64,000 nt of DNA, from assembly GCA_019058275.1 (NCBI GenBank), contig JAHLVW010000103.1, positions 32,001 through 96,000 of the forward strand. The letters run 5' to 3'. This document shows, piece after piece, positions 53,022 to 63,756 of this stretch; within the stretch, counting starts at the first letter, position 1; each line of letters starts with the position of its first letter. Source of the DNA: Candidatus Heimdallarchaeota archaeon (lineage in GTDB: Archaea > Asgardarchaeota > Heimdallarchaeia > JABLTI01). Both the position numbers and the translations under genes were made by a program. A model generated the notes under the pieces. The model was not told the DNA's origin. It worked only from the letters and a program-made list of their open reading frames with translations, and ran no database searches.

Positions 53022-54344
53022 CTAGTTCATTTCTTTACAAACTTTAGCAAAGATAGCTAACCCTTTGTCGACGTGTTCTTCATCTAAACAGAGAGGAGGT
53101 CTAAATCGAATTGATTTTTCGCCAGAAGATAAAATCAGTATTTTATTGTTAAAAAGCTCTTTTCTCATTTTATCTCTGAATTCTGTTGATGGTAAATCAA
53201 AAGCGCACATCAAACCTCTACCTCGAGCATTAGTCATTATTTCCTTTGAATCTTCACAAGTATCAGTTAGTGCTTTCTTAAGATATTCGCCACCCTTATG
53301 AGCATTATCGACTAGCTTGTCCTCTTTGATGATTTCCAAGTATTTAGTAGAACGAACCATATCAACAAGATTGCCACCCCAAGTAGAGTTTATTCTGCTT
53401 GATTCATGAAAGACATTGTCTTTGACTTCATCAACACGTTTGTTAACCATAATACCACAAACTTGTGCTTTCTTACCAAAAGCAACAATGTCTGGTTTAA
53501 CAAAATGTTCATAGGCCCACATTTTACCTGTGAGACCAATACCGGTTTGTACTTCATCAAAAATTAGCATGATGTCATTTTGGTCGCATATTTTTCTTAA
53601 TGCTCTGAAGAATTCAGGTCGGAAATGATTATCCCCACCCTCACCTTGAATTGGTTCAATTATTAGTGAAGCAATATCTTGTGGATTTTTAGCTATTGCG
53701 TTATCAATCTTATGTAGTGAATTCTCTTCTAGTTCCTTTACCTCCTCCAAGTGTTTTTCCAGAGGAAAAGTTATCATTGGGGCAGGAATTCTTGGCCATT
53801 TAAATTTTGGGAAGTAAGCTATTTTTCGAGGGTCAAAAGTATTAGTTAAAGACAGTGTATAACCTGTTCGCCCATGAAATGCTTTTTGGAAATGAATTAC
53901 CTGTTGACCTAACATATCCTTGTGGTTTAATTCATAGTTCTTTCTTACTTTCCAATCAAAAGCAGTTTTCAAAGCGTTTTCTACAGCAAGCGCTCCTCCT
54001 GAAATTAGAAACAAATATTGAAAGTCACCCTTCATACTTATTTTGCTAAAAGTGTCAACAAATTCAGCCATGCTCTCAGTATAACTATCAGAGCTTGTTG
54101 GTTTATTAACAGCAGCTTTTGCTAGTATATCCATAAATTCTTTGGTACGAACTTTAGGATGATTGCAACCTAGAGGTGCAGAAGCAAAGAAGGTATAAAA
54201 GTCAAGATATTTGTCACCTATTAATTTGTCATGAACGTAAAAAGGAGTGCTCTTTTCCAGATCAAATATTATCTCATAGCCATCAATTAGCATATGTTTC
54301 CGTAGAATATCTAATGCAGGTTCCATGGTTATCGACCTTAGCAA
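53022..54344 (-). CDS. lat: L-lysine 6-transaminase (class III PLP)
   Basis: NKP.S.D.Y, GALAVENALK.AFDW, AFHGRTGYTLSLTNT, EPIQGEGGD, FGKK.QVCG, INSTWGG. Confidence 0.93.
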   Translation of the reverse strand: MLRSITMEPALDILRKHMLIDGYEIIFDLEKSTPFYVHDKLIGDKYLDFYTFFASAPLGCNHPKVRTKEFMDILAKAAVNKPTSSDSYTESMAEFVDTFSKISMKGDFQYLFLISGGALAVENALKTAFDWKVRKNYELNHKDMLGQQVIHFQKAFHGRTGYTLSLTNTFDPRKIAYFPKFKWPRIPAPMITFPLEKHLEEVKELEENSLHKIDNAIAKNPQDIASLIIEPIQGEGGDNHFRPEFFRALRKICDQNDIMLIFDEVQTGIGLTGKMWAYEHFVKPDIVAFGKKAQVCGIMVNKRVDEVKDNVFHESSRINSTWGGNLVDMVRSTKYLEIIKEDKLVDNAHKGGEYLKKALTDTCEDSKEIMTNARGRGLMCAFDLPSTEFRDKMRKELFNNKILILSSGEKSIRFRPPLCLDEEHVDKGLAIFAKVCKEMN

Positions 54345-54435
54345 TTGGATTTTACCAGTTGTTTATAATTTATATTATAGCTATTCGATAGCTATTTATT
54401 ACTTGTTGATTCATAAACATCGAGGGAAGTTATTC

Positions 54436-55077
54436 ATATCAGTTGCTGAAGAGGAAACCAGATGGTTTCAATCATGGACTTGGAAAACTGCTGGTTGGGC
54501 ATTTATATGCTTTCTGATTTTATCTTGTATAACTAGTCTGTTTTCGTTTTTGATTGATGTACTTTTATTTGAGAATAAATTCGGTTATGGATATGCTTAC
54601 TTTGCTATGATATTCTATACAATAACCCTCTAATTCTTCTATACAAAATTCAAAGCTAACTGGTTTGGATTGTTTGGTTTTGGATTATCGGTGATCATTG
54701 GTATACCTATAGAATTGTGGCTCGAATATTATCGAAATCCTGTCCTAAAAGGAGCTTGGGCTGCGGTTGCTTGGGGAGGAATATATATTCTCTATGGACT
54801 GGTAGCAGATCTCTCTATTCTACTAGTAAAAATAATCAAAAAAGAACTAGTAGCAGTTCTTCTATCAGCGCTTGTCTTTTCAGCGTTGTTTCTTATGATT
54901 AATATTATACCACTAAAACTATTTTACATTGAAAGCACACCAGTTGAAGGAGCAAAGGACTATCTACTAGACGGATACTTCCTAATACCGTTAGCTATTA
55001 TTGAAGGAGTAATTGGTGCATACGTTGGTTATTATCTAGCAAAGGATATTAAATCAAAAAAGAAAATTGAATACTAA
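54436..55077 (+). pseudogene. Multi-pass membrane protein; ATA start and in-frame TAA at 54631-54633
   Basis: YTITL*FFYTKFKANWFGLFG joins ORFs 54325-54633 and 54670-55077 in frame. Confidence 0.7.
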
Positions 55078-55176
55078 TTATTAAAAAATAGCGAAATCCT
55101 TCATTTTTTCCTTACTTTCCAAATAGAATAAACTATTTACTTAAACAATAACTATAAATTAGAGAATAAAAAATAA

Positions 55177-55548
55177 GTGCTTAAGATGAGTGAAATAACG
55201 GAAATACCAGAATTGAAGAAGGCAATATTCGATAAATGGGCAGATGAGTTACTTTCACAATATAATATCTCTGAAGATGAAACTTTAGAAAACATAACTC
55301 AATATGTTGCTGAATACTTTAACAAGTTGTTTAAGAATTATCAGATATCATTTACAGATTTACATCCAGATGGTATTTTTCCATTTGCAATAAATCGACT
55401 TGACAAGAAACCAACCTATGCTGATGAAGAGTTTTATGATGAATTATTCAAAGTAGAGAATCATTTGCGTTGGACCTACACAAGTGTCCTAACAAAGCTT
55501 TATCGAGAGAGAGAATGTCCTTTTGATACTGTTGAATGCCCATACTAG
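55177..55548 (+). CDS. Hypothetical protein
   Basis: 123-aa acidic ORF ending ECPFDTVECPY. Confidence 0.6.
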   Translation: MLKMSEITEIPELKKAIFDKWADELLSQYNISEDETLENITQYVAEYFNKLFKNYQISFTDLHPDGIFPFAINRLDKKPTYADEEFYDELFKVENHLRWTYTSVLTKLYRERECPFDTVECPY

Positions 55549-55586
55549 TTTCGCTTAAAGTTTTGCCAATGAATTTCAATGATTTA

Positions 55587-56033
55587 CTACCATAATCCAA
55601 TGCTCAGAAATCTCTTCAATATCAACAATACAATCCACAACACAATGGCTATAATTCCCAGAGCTAAACCAGCTATTGCCATGTTTCTCTTTGGTTCTTT
55701 ACCTATTCCTATTCCACCACAAACAATTGAAACAATAGCGCAAATAAGTGCAAGCCAGTTACTAAATGGTAATAATGCTGCTAAAATTACTGCTCCAATC
55801 CCACACCCAATCGCAACATATGCAAATACACTGGTATCACTAGGTTTTACAGGAGTCACAACTACTTGTGGTGTATCTGTATAAGAAAAATCAGTTGGTT
55901 GCTGAACAGCTGCTACTGGCGTAGGTTCTGGTGTCTCTTCCATACTAGCTCCACAATTATTGCAAAAAATATCTCCCTCTTTGATTGACGATCCACAAAA
56001 AGGGCAATACTGTTCTGAGGACATAATGCACAC
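55587..56033 (-). CDS. Zinc-ribbon plus DUF4190-like membrane protein
   Basis: YCPFCG..FCNNCGA, Pro-rich linker, TMs with MAIAGLALGII. Confidence 0.82.
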   Translation of the reverse strand: MCIMSSEQYCPFCGSSIKEGDIFCNNCGASMEETPEPTPVAAVQQPTDFSYTDTPQVVVTPVKPSDTSVFAYVAIGCGIGAVILAALLPFSNWLALICAIVSIVCGGIGIGKEPKRNMAIAGLALGIIAIVLWIVLLILKRFLSIGLW

Positions 56034-56145
56034 CTTTTGATATATTAAATTACTGTTTTGTAGTAATTTTTTAAAATTTAGTATACTAGTTTGTACTATT
56101 TAGAATATTTGTTATTAAAGGTTCTTTTTTGAAAATTTACCGTTT

Positions 56146-56195
56146 TTTTCCTCAAAATTTATTTATGTTCAAGTTGAAAAGGGTTTGATATTCAT
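56146..56195 (+). repeat. 50-bp direct repeat, copy 1
   Basis: 46/50 identical to 57203-57252 by manual alignment. Confidence 0.9.
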
Positions 56196-57100
56196 AAATC
56201 AAATATTTTTGCTGCATTTCCTCCAAGAATTTTGTTTTTTTCCTCTTCATTAAATTCAGGTAACCTCCTTAATTTAAGTGGTGACGGTAATTCCATTTCT
56301 TTTATCCCTTTTACCCATCGCTCTAGCGATAATATTGGAGAAAATAAAGGCCAATCTGTACCAAATAAAATTTTATCTATTCCACATGTCATCTTTGCCT
56401 TAACCAGCGTTTGGAAAAAATCAAATGGTGCAAATTTAAAAATTGATTCCCATGCTGAAATATCAATATACACATTAGGATTTTTTCCTGCTACTGTTAT
56501 AGCCTCGTTTGTCCAGGGTTCACCCATATGTGCCATTATAATTTTGATTTTGGGAAAATCTACAGCAACAGTATCTACGTATGCAGGTCTACAATGTTTA
56601 AGATATGTCTTTTGTGGACCAGAACCAGTATGGCATAAAATTACAGCTCCAAGCTCTTCTACGCGCTCGTAAAAGGGATAAAATTTGGGATCATCAGGAT
56701 AAAATCCCATTAAAGGCCAAAGCTTGACTCCTGCGAATCCGAGTTCTCCTATACTCCTCTCAAGCTCTTGAATGGCTTCTTTTCCTCTTCTTGGATCAAT
56801 ACCAGCAAGACCAATTAATCTATCGGGAAAATCCTTTACATACCCCGCAACCTTATCATTATATTCCTTGTAACTCATATGTCCTCGGAAAAGATACTCA
56901 TAATCTAAAGCAAGTATTACTGCTTTGTCTATTCCCGCTTCATCCATTTCTTTTATTAATCTATCCGGAGTCGCATTCAAAATTAGACTCAAATCAAAAT
57001 TAAATTTCTCTGCTGTTGCAATAAGGATACCTCGAAGCTCATCAGATATGGTTTCCTCATCCCAAACATGACAATGCGTATCAATTATCATTTTCCTCAT
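56192..57100 (-). CDS. Amidohydrolase_2 family protein
   Basis: IDTHCH, GVKL.P, HTG, AHMG, NVYIDIS, ILFGTDWP, ILGGNA. Confidence 0.92.
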   Translation of the reverse strand: MRKMIIDTHCHVWDEETISDELRGILIATAEKFNFDLSLILNATPDRLIKEMDEAGIDKAVILALDYEYLFRGHMSYKEYNDKVAGYVKDFPDRLIGLAGIDPRRGKEAIQELERSIGELGFAGVKLWPLMGFYPDDPKFYPFYERVEELGAVILCHTGSGPQKTYLKHCRPAYVDTVAVDFPKIKIIMAHMGEPWTNEAITVAGKNPNVYIDISAWESIFKFAPFDFFQTLVKAKMTCGIDKILFGTDWPLFSPILSLERWVKGIKEMELPSPLKLRRLPEFNEEEKNKILGGNAAKIFDL

Positions 57101-57202
57101 CCTTTAATATCAAAAATTACTGATTTAAAGTAATTTTTCTGTAAATATATATTACAGCTAATACTATTTAGAACATTTGCAAAAATGACTATTTTTTCTT
57201 CC

Positions 57203-57252
57203 TTTTCCCCAAAATTTATTTATTCTCAAGTTGAAAAGGGTATGATATTCAT
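57203..57252 (+). repeat. 50-bp direct repeat, copy 2 (contains likely promoter of 57273)
   Basis: 46/50 identical to 56146-56195; includes TTTATTTA. Confidence 0.9.
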
Positions 57253-57272
57253 TAAAAGGAAAGGTATGACAT

Positions 57273-57515
57273 ATGAGACCTCCAGTCTGCGGTATATGCG
57301 ATCATGATTTAGAAGAAAAAGAAGGCGGAGTCATCTATTTTAAAAAACGTTTTTCAGATAAAGTATGGGACAGGACAATGAAGAGAATACATGGAACCGG
57401 TAACCCTCCGAATGCAGAATGGTTCTGTAACAAGCATTACACTAGAGCTAAAGAGCTACAAGAACTAACGATCGATAAAGCAATGGCACTTATGAGAGAG
57501 GAAGAACAAAAATAA
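57273..57515 (+). CDS. Small putative Zn-binding protein
   Basis: MRPPVCGIC...WFCNKH. Confidence 0.72.
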   Translation: MRPPVCGICDHDLEEKEGGVIYFKKRFSDKVWDRTMKRIHGTGNPPNAEWFCNKHYTRAKELQELTIDKAMALMREEEQK

Positions 57516-57528
57516 TTTGCTCAAAATC

Positions 57529-59946
57529 TTATTTTTTCTCTTTAATTTTTTTCGTTTCTTTAGGAGTAACTTTTGGACTGATTCTTAATACCAAACAATC
57601 ATTCTTCTTTATCTTAAATCTCAATCCTGATTCTTTCAATTCTTCGAGAGTGGATGTTTCTTTGAAAATTTCAGATTTATTGTAAGAATAAAGCATTTCA
57701 ACTTTTAGTGGTTGATTTTTAGGTAGATGAGTTTTTGCTGGGATTAATATCTTGAAGGTTCCCTCTTTTTTCTTCCCTCTGTTTAGAAGGAAAATAATTA
57801 AGGATTTTTTCTCTTTATTAAATCGTCCAACAATTTCTATCTCTTCATCAACATCAAATGTCTTTTGAACACCATGTTTAGCTATAAGATTGTCAATAAA
57901 TTCTTTATTTTGGTTTTTGATAAACTTAGGATCGTAATAGAAAGCATCAATAACATACCTAGCACCTAAAGGTGTTCCAAAAACAGTGTTTGTTCCTTTG
58001 CCCAAAGTATACCTATATCCTATTGTTTTGTTTCTTAGTTTAAGAACAGATTCAATATCCTCATCCTGCTGCCACATAAACTCTCGAGCAAGATAATCAA
58101 CATGTAATTTATTGCCATTTTCAGTACTGGCAAAAGGTCCCCAAGGACGCCATGATCGAAGTATATTTTGACGTTCTGATTTTTCAAGATGGAATAAAGC
58201 ATATTCATTATATTTGCGAAGTCTTCCTATCTGTAATCGGAAATTCAAATAGGAACTAATTAACTTGAGCAAATTAGCACTTTTTCCGAAAGTCTTCTGT
58301 TTAGTAACAACTGCTGGATAAAGTTTCTGAGTATTCATAGGAAAACCATGTTCATTCATAACTGGAAAGTTTGGTCCGGTTACTAGATTACCTCCTCCTT
58401 TTACATAATCCAGGAGTTTAGTGTAATCAGATTTGATGATTGCTCCTCGATTGTGGAAGAAAACCATTTTACTTTTGCGCATCTCTTTTAGAGCAATCTT
58501 CTCAAGAGAAAATGGTTTTGGATTATAACCATTAGCTAATAACATTCCAAGAATACCGTATTCTGCCTGCATGTTGATAATCTTAATTGGACGAATAATT
58601 TTCCCTGTAGAATCAAAATCGCCTGGAATGATGCGGTGATTCATTGCATATGTTGCAAAAGCAATTTCATCATAGATTTCTTCTGATTTCGTTAATTCCT
58701 CTCCCATTTTCTCAATAAATTCATATACCTTTTGAACAGCTGAAAATCGTTTTACTTTCTCTCCTTTGTGGTTTATCATTCCCTTGAAATAGTATTTGTT
58801 ACCTTCTATATCAGTACCATCTCGAGTAATATATAAGCTCATACCTTTTGCACCATGAGCAATAGAGCCCATCATTGATTGAATTGTAGAGATATTGGAT
58901 ACTTTTACTCGAGGATCAAACCAACCACAGCTTATCTCTGACGCAAAGAGTGCTTGGTATTCAGATTGGAGATACCCTTTGAATATTGTGGGAGTAATTG
59001 AATTACCAAAAGGAATATCTAGAGTTGCTCCAGTTCTAGCGGTTTTTAAAGCAACACTATAGCCATAGATTTCTGCTATTGGAGCTTTTTTGACTGGATT
59101 TGAAGGATTGAAATAGTTGCTTTGTTCATTAATAGCAAATAGTAAAGGAATATCAAGTTCCATGACCATTTCTCTCAATTGCTCAAGAAAAGTAACAACC
59201 CAGTCCTCAAAGAATGATTGCCAGATCATAGACTTGGCTACATTTAATCCATCTTTAGGAGGACTAACATCTTCAAAACAAAGATAACTTTCAACACAGT
59301 ATACACTTAATGTTTGAGGATCACCAAATTCCTCCTCAAGCCATTGGTGGAAATATTTGACAGTATACTCATTAAAGTCAATCTGACCAACATTGAAATT
59401 ATACATCAAACCTGTTTCATTATCAAGTTGGAAGACTACAATGGGATCCTCAAAGTAAGAACCAAGCTCTTCCTTTATTTTTGAAAACCATTTCCAAACT
59501 AATTCAATGTATTTAGGATGATTTAAACTAACATTAAAATGATTAGGACTTTTATCAAGAGTTCCATCAGCTTTTTTAACAACAACTTCTGGGTAGAGTT
59601 CTCCAATCCAAAGAGGAATGCCAAAACCTTGATACTCTGAATAAATAAATGGACCAGGACGGAATATAACAGGTAGTTTTAGTTTCTTACAAATATTGAG
59701 AAATTTCTTTATATTATTGCGAGGGTGTGCTTTGCCATCAAAATCAAAATAATCTTCATAAATTTCATGAAAAATCCAAGGAACATAGGTGGATATGGTG
59801 TTTATTCTTCCTTCCTTCTTTAATAACCGAAGATCCTTTTCCCAATGCTCAGGGTCTACTCTGAAGTAATGGTATTCACCTGCACGAACAAACACTTCCT
59901 TACCATCAAGTTGGAATCTACCATCAAACGAAGTTAGTTGAAACAC
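57529..59946 (-). CDS. Glycoside hydrolase family 35 (beta-galactosidase-like)
   Basis: GEYHYFR, TYVPW..HE, RPGPFI.SE, QLDNE, ASE..CGW. Confidence 0.9.
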   Translation of the reverse strand: MFQLTSFDGRFQLDGKEVFVRAGEYHYFRVDPEHWEKDLRLLKKEGRINTISTYVPWIFHEIYEDYFDFDGKAHPRNNIKKFLNICKKLKLPVIFRPGPFIYSEYQGFGIPLWIGELYPEVVVKKADGTLDKSPNHFNVSLNHPKYIELVWKWFSKIKEELGSYFEDPIVVFQLDNETGLMYNFNVGQIDFNEYTVKYFHQWLEEEFGDPQTLSVYCVESYLCFEDVSPPKDGLNVAKSMIWQSFFEDWVVTFLEQLREMVMELDIPLLFAINEQSNYFNPSNPVKKAPIAEIYGYSVALKTARTGATLDIPFGNSITPTIFKGYLQSEYQALFASEISCGWFDPRVKVSNISTIQSMMGSIAHGAKGMSLYITRDGTDIEGNKYYFKGMINHKGEKVKRFSAVQKVYEFIEKMGEELTKSEEIYDEIAFATYAMNHRIIPGDFDSTGKIIRPIKIINMQAEYGILGMLLANGYNPKPFSLEKIALKEMRKSKMVFFHNRGAIIKSDYTKLLDYVKGGGNLVTGPNFPVMNEHGFPMNTQKLYPAVVTKQKTFGKSANLLKLISSYLNFRLQIGRLRKYNEYALFHLEKSERQNILRSWRPWGPFASTENGNKLHVDYLAREFMWQQDEDIESVLKLRNKTIGYRYTLGKGTNTVFGTPLGARYVIDAFYYDPKFIKNQNKEFIDNLIAKHGVQKTFDVDEEIEIVGRFNKEKKSLIIFLLNRGKKKEGTFKILIPAKTHLPKNQPLKVEMLYSYNKSEIFKETSTLEELKESGLRFKIKKNDCLVLRISPKVTPKETKKIKEKK

Positions 59947-60114
59947 TTACATAGATACCTCCGAATTTTTCACGAAAGACTCATTATTTATATATAAAAT
60001 GCTTTAATTATCAAATTAAAAGTATTATCATTAAAAAGATTCTATAATTGAAAAGAAAAAACTTTTTGATTAAATTTTTTATTATTCTATAATTCAAATA
60101 GAAGGTTAGACTCA

Positions 60115-61979
60115 TACCATCAGTTTCACAGGTACTATCTTAAGAATTGATTTGTCTCAAGAGAAGATAACTCGAGAGCACCCAGAGAAGAATTTCTATC
60201 GTAGATATCTCGGTGGAGAAGGATTTGTTGCTTACTATTTACTAAAAGAATTACTAGCAAATACCGATCCTTTGAGTCAAGAGAATCTCTTAATTTTCGC
60301 TGCTGGACCAATAACCGGAACAACAGTATCTGGAAGTAGTTGTAGTAGTGTTGGAGCAAAATCCCCCCCTAACAAATGGGTTTGGTGAATCAGAAGTAGG
60401 GGGTTTTTGGGGCGTAGAACTAAAGAAAGCAGGCTATGATGATATAGTAATTACAGGGAAAGCAAAGAAACCAATTTACCTATGGATTCATAACGAACAA
60501 GTAGAAATTCGAGATGCCAACAAATTATGGGGAAAAGAAACAGGTGAAGTCCAACAACTACTGAAAAAAGAGTTGAATGATAAACAAGTAAGAATGGCTC
60601 TAATAGGTCAAGCTGGAGAGAATCTTGTAAGATATGCTTGTATTATGCATGATCTGAGAAATGCTGCAGGGAGAACAGGCATGGGTGCAGTAATGGGTTC
60701 AAAGAATCTGAAAGCAGTTGTTGTTCGTGGAACCAAACGACCTGAAGTTGCGGATAATAAGAAAATCAATGAATTTAGAAAAATCATGAATGATGTTTAC
60801 CTAAAGAATCTCGAACATTTTTCACTTCTGGGAACTGGTGGAGATAGAATGGAATCCTTCATCTGGACTGGTAATCTGCCAATCCATAATTTCAGAGATG
60901 GTGAATTTCCAACTAGAAACAATATTGATCCTCGAACGATGAGGAAAACAATTGGATTGAAAACGGAAGGATGTTATGCTTGTCCTATTCACTGTAAAAA
61001 AGTTGTTGAATTCAAAGAACCGTGGGAAGTAAGCTCAAATTATGGAGGTCCAGAATACGAAGCATTAGGTGCTCTAGGGTCAAACTGTGGAGTTGATGAT
61101 CTAAAAGCAGTTTGCAAAGCAAATGAATTATGTAATGGATATTCAATGGATGTAATTTCTGTAGGAGTAACAATAGGTTTTGCCATGTAGTGTTATGAAA
61201 AGGGACTTCTCACAAACGAAGAAACCGATGGGTTAGAGTTAACCTTTGGAAATGGAAAAGCCTTAGTTGAAATAGTTGAGAAAATAGCTAAAAGGGAAGG
61301 CTTGGGTGATTTGCTAGCTGAAGGAGTAAAGCGAGCAGCAGAAAAAATAGGTAAAGGTGCAGAAGAGCTTGCAGTTAATGTTAAAGGTCTAGAAGTTTCT
61401 ATGCATGATCCAAGATTAAAGAAAGCTTTAGGATTAGGTTATGCAGTTTCACCTACAGGAGCAGATCACATGCACAATCTTAATGATCAATATTTAACAA
61501 ACGAAACTGCTATAGAGAGATTTGCTCCTCTAGCTATTTATGAAACAATACCCCTTGAAGACATGGGAGCAAAGAAGCTTCGAGCTCTAATTTACCAAAC
61601 AAATTGGCGAGTAGTTTACAATTACCTGTTGATGTGTATGTTTCAACCATGGAATTATCGAGAAATAACGGATATTACTCGAGCAGTAACGGGATGGAAC
61701 ACATCCTTGTGGGAATTAGTGAAAGTAGGAGAACGAGTAACAAATATGGCTCGAGCATTCAATATTAGAGAAGAATTCACAAAGAAAGATGATTGGTTAC
61801 ATCCAAGATTTTTCCATCCAAAAACCTCCGGTGAGTTATCAGAAACTTCAGTAAATCCTAAGCAATTCGAAATTGCTCGAGATATTTATTATAAAATGAT
61901 GGGCTGGGATGAAAATGGCATCCCAACTAAAACAATACTTGAAGAATTAGATATTAATTGGGTTATAGAGCTATTATAA
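60115..61979 (+). pseudogene. aor: Tungsten aldehyde:ferredoxin oxidoreductase, disrupted
   Basis: KSPLT..GES..GG, GR.GMGAVMGSKNLKA, C..CP..C, GPEYE, HDPR; +1 in C7 run at 60363-60369, TAG at 61188 (FAM*CYE), no intact start. Confidence 0.93.
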
Positions 61980-61982
61980 AAA

Positions 61983-63350
61983 ATGGTGATTGTTGTGAAA
62001 AGCAACCGTTTGAGAATTTCATTGATAAATCTACTACTAATCAGTTTGATAATTGGTTTGTTAGTAAACGATCACAATGGCATATCAACATCACCAATCA
62101 AAACGACATGTAATGATTATAGTATTATTTTAATGATTGGTGATGGTATGGGTTTCAATCATGTTAAGTTGGCAAGGTACATAGAAGTTGGTAAAGATCA
62201 AAGATTAACAATGGAGAATCTTCAGCTTAATTTCTCAGTTATGACTCACAATGTTCAGCAACTTGTTACAGATTCTGCTGCAGCAGCAACTGCAATGGCA
62301 ACAGGATACAAAACAATTAATGGAAAAATAGCTATATTGCCAAATGGCATTAGTCTTCCAACCATATTGGAATTAGCACAAGAAATGGATAAAGCAACAG
62401 GTCTTGTGACCACTACATCAATTCTTCATGCAACTCCAGCAAGTTTTATGACTCATGTAGACAGCAGGAATGACTACAACGAAATAACCAGACAAATAGT
62501 AGAAGAAGTAGAAGTTGATATTTTACTAGGAGGGGGAAAAAAGTATTTTTCATCCGTACACCTAGAAACAATGGAAAACAAGGGTTACTCAATTGTTGAA
62601 AATAAATCTGCTTTATTAGCACATACCTCTAGAAAACTTCTGGGTTTATTTGCAGATTCTCATATGGATTATGAAATCACTAGAAATTATGAATTAACTC
62701 CATCTTTAGCTGATATGACACAAAAAGCAATTAAAATTTTAGATCAAAACCCTAATGGTTTCTTCTTAATGGTTGAAGGCGGGAGAATAGATCATGGGAG
62801 TCATGATAACGAGAAAGATTTAGCAGCTTTAGAAGCAATTGAATTTGAATTAGCTGTAAGAAAAGCAGTAAGTTATGTAAAAAAACACTCAAACACAATC
62901 CTAATTATAACTGCTGATCACGAGACAGGTGGACTAACAATTGTTAGTGATAATCTTAATGAAACAATACCTCAGAGTAGTTTTACTGAAGAACAAAATC
63001 GAACAATAAGAATCAATCGAGTGAATCAAATTGAAGTAGCTTGGAGTACTGGTGGTCATACAAATCAAACTGTTCCCTTCTTTGCCCTTGGCGAACCCTT
63101 TGAAAACTTAACAAGTAATTTACTAATAGATAATACTGACATTTTTACGATTATGCATGATTATTATCTCGAGAAGGAAATAGTAATTATAGGTAGAACA
63201 TTGGTGGTAGTATCTCCAATTAAAGCAAGTACTATAATCATCTCAATTTCAATTGTAACATCATGCATAATTTGGATAAGAACTAAAAGAAAAACTAAAC
63301 AACAGGCTTGTATTTTTTCTCAGCAGCAACGCCACAATGAGTCTCTTTGA
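61983..63350 (+). CDS. phoA: Alkaline phosphatase with signal peptide and C-terminal TM
   Basis: IGDGMG, TDSAAAATA, HATPA, EGGRIDH, TADHETGG. Confidence 0.93.
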   Translation: MVIVVKSNRLRISLINLLLISLIIGLLVNDHNGISTSPIKTTCNDYSIILMIGDGMGFNHVKLARYIEVGKDQRLTMENLQLNFSVMTHNVQQLVTDSAAAATAMATGYKTINGKIAILPNGISLPTILELAQEMDKATGLVTTTSILHATPASFMTHVDSRNDYNEITRQIVEEVEVDILLGGGKKYFSSVHLETMENKGYSIVENKSALLAHTSRKLLGLFADSHMDYEITRNYELTPSLADMTQKAIKILDQNPNGFFLMVEGGRIDHGSHDNEKDLAALEAIEFELAVRKAVSYVKKHSNTILIITADHETGGLTIVSDNLNETIPQSSFTEEQNRTIRINRVNQIEVAWSTGGHTNQTVPFFALGEPFENLTSNLLIDNTDIFTIMHDYYLEKEIVIIGRTLVVVSPIKASTIIISISIVTSCIIWIRTKRKTKQQACIFSQQQRHNESL

Positions 63351-63606
63351 GCTGCTTTTGTAAAAGTTTGCCAGTAGGACCAATAGCAGCACTACCAACG
63401 AGAATGTGAGTCTTATCATTTTTGGAGAAGCCATCTTCATTGAACATGTATTCAAAAGAAACTGTCCGAGTACCATCCCTATCTTCAATCATTTCCATAA
63501 CAGTGAGTTCTTCTATCTCATAATGTGGTTGAAGGGGGGTCCCCCAGCCTGTTTCCTCGTGAATGTAATCGAGGATAATAGACCTGACATCTTCATATTG
63601 AATAAT
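63295..63606 (-). CDS. Hypothetical protein with apparent ATT start
   Basis: GAGGAGG at 63611-63617 then ATT ATT ATT CAA; frame open into ORF 63295-63498. Confidence 0.6.
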   Translation of the reverse strand: MIQYEDVRSIILDYIHEETGWGTPLQPHYEIEELTVMEMIEDRDGTRTVSFEYMFNEDGFSKNDKTHILVGSAAIGPTGKLLQKQLKETHCGVAAEKKYKPVV

Positions 63607-63756
63607 AATTCCTCCTCAATTATACAGAAAGCTTATTTCTATTATAATCTTATCTAAATGACAAAAATAAGCTTATGGTTCATCCTTTATAGGTTTGTAA
63701 GTAAATGTAAGTACTGCTTCATTTGTTCAATAAAATTTTCCGGTGCCATACTTTCG

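Noticed and set aside
19079-61190. Amber (TAG) recoding or pyrrolysine suggested by in-frame TAGs at 19079, 27260 and 61188
   Set aside because: Expected residues differ (E, probably W, E), TAG terminates intact genes such as 8869-14412 and 25922-27040, and the same genes carry other lesions
494-63657. Many short antisense or alternate-frame ORFs in the track (e.g. 494-676, 4820-5149, 5683-5940, 10512-10817, 56232-56672, 63406-63657)
   Set aside because: They are shadows of well-supported genes and show no motifs
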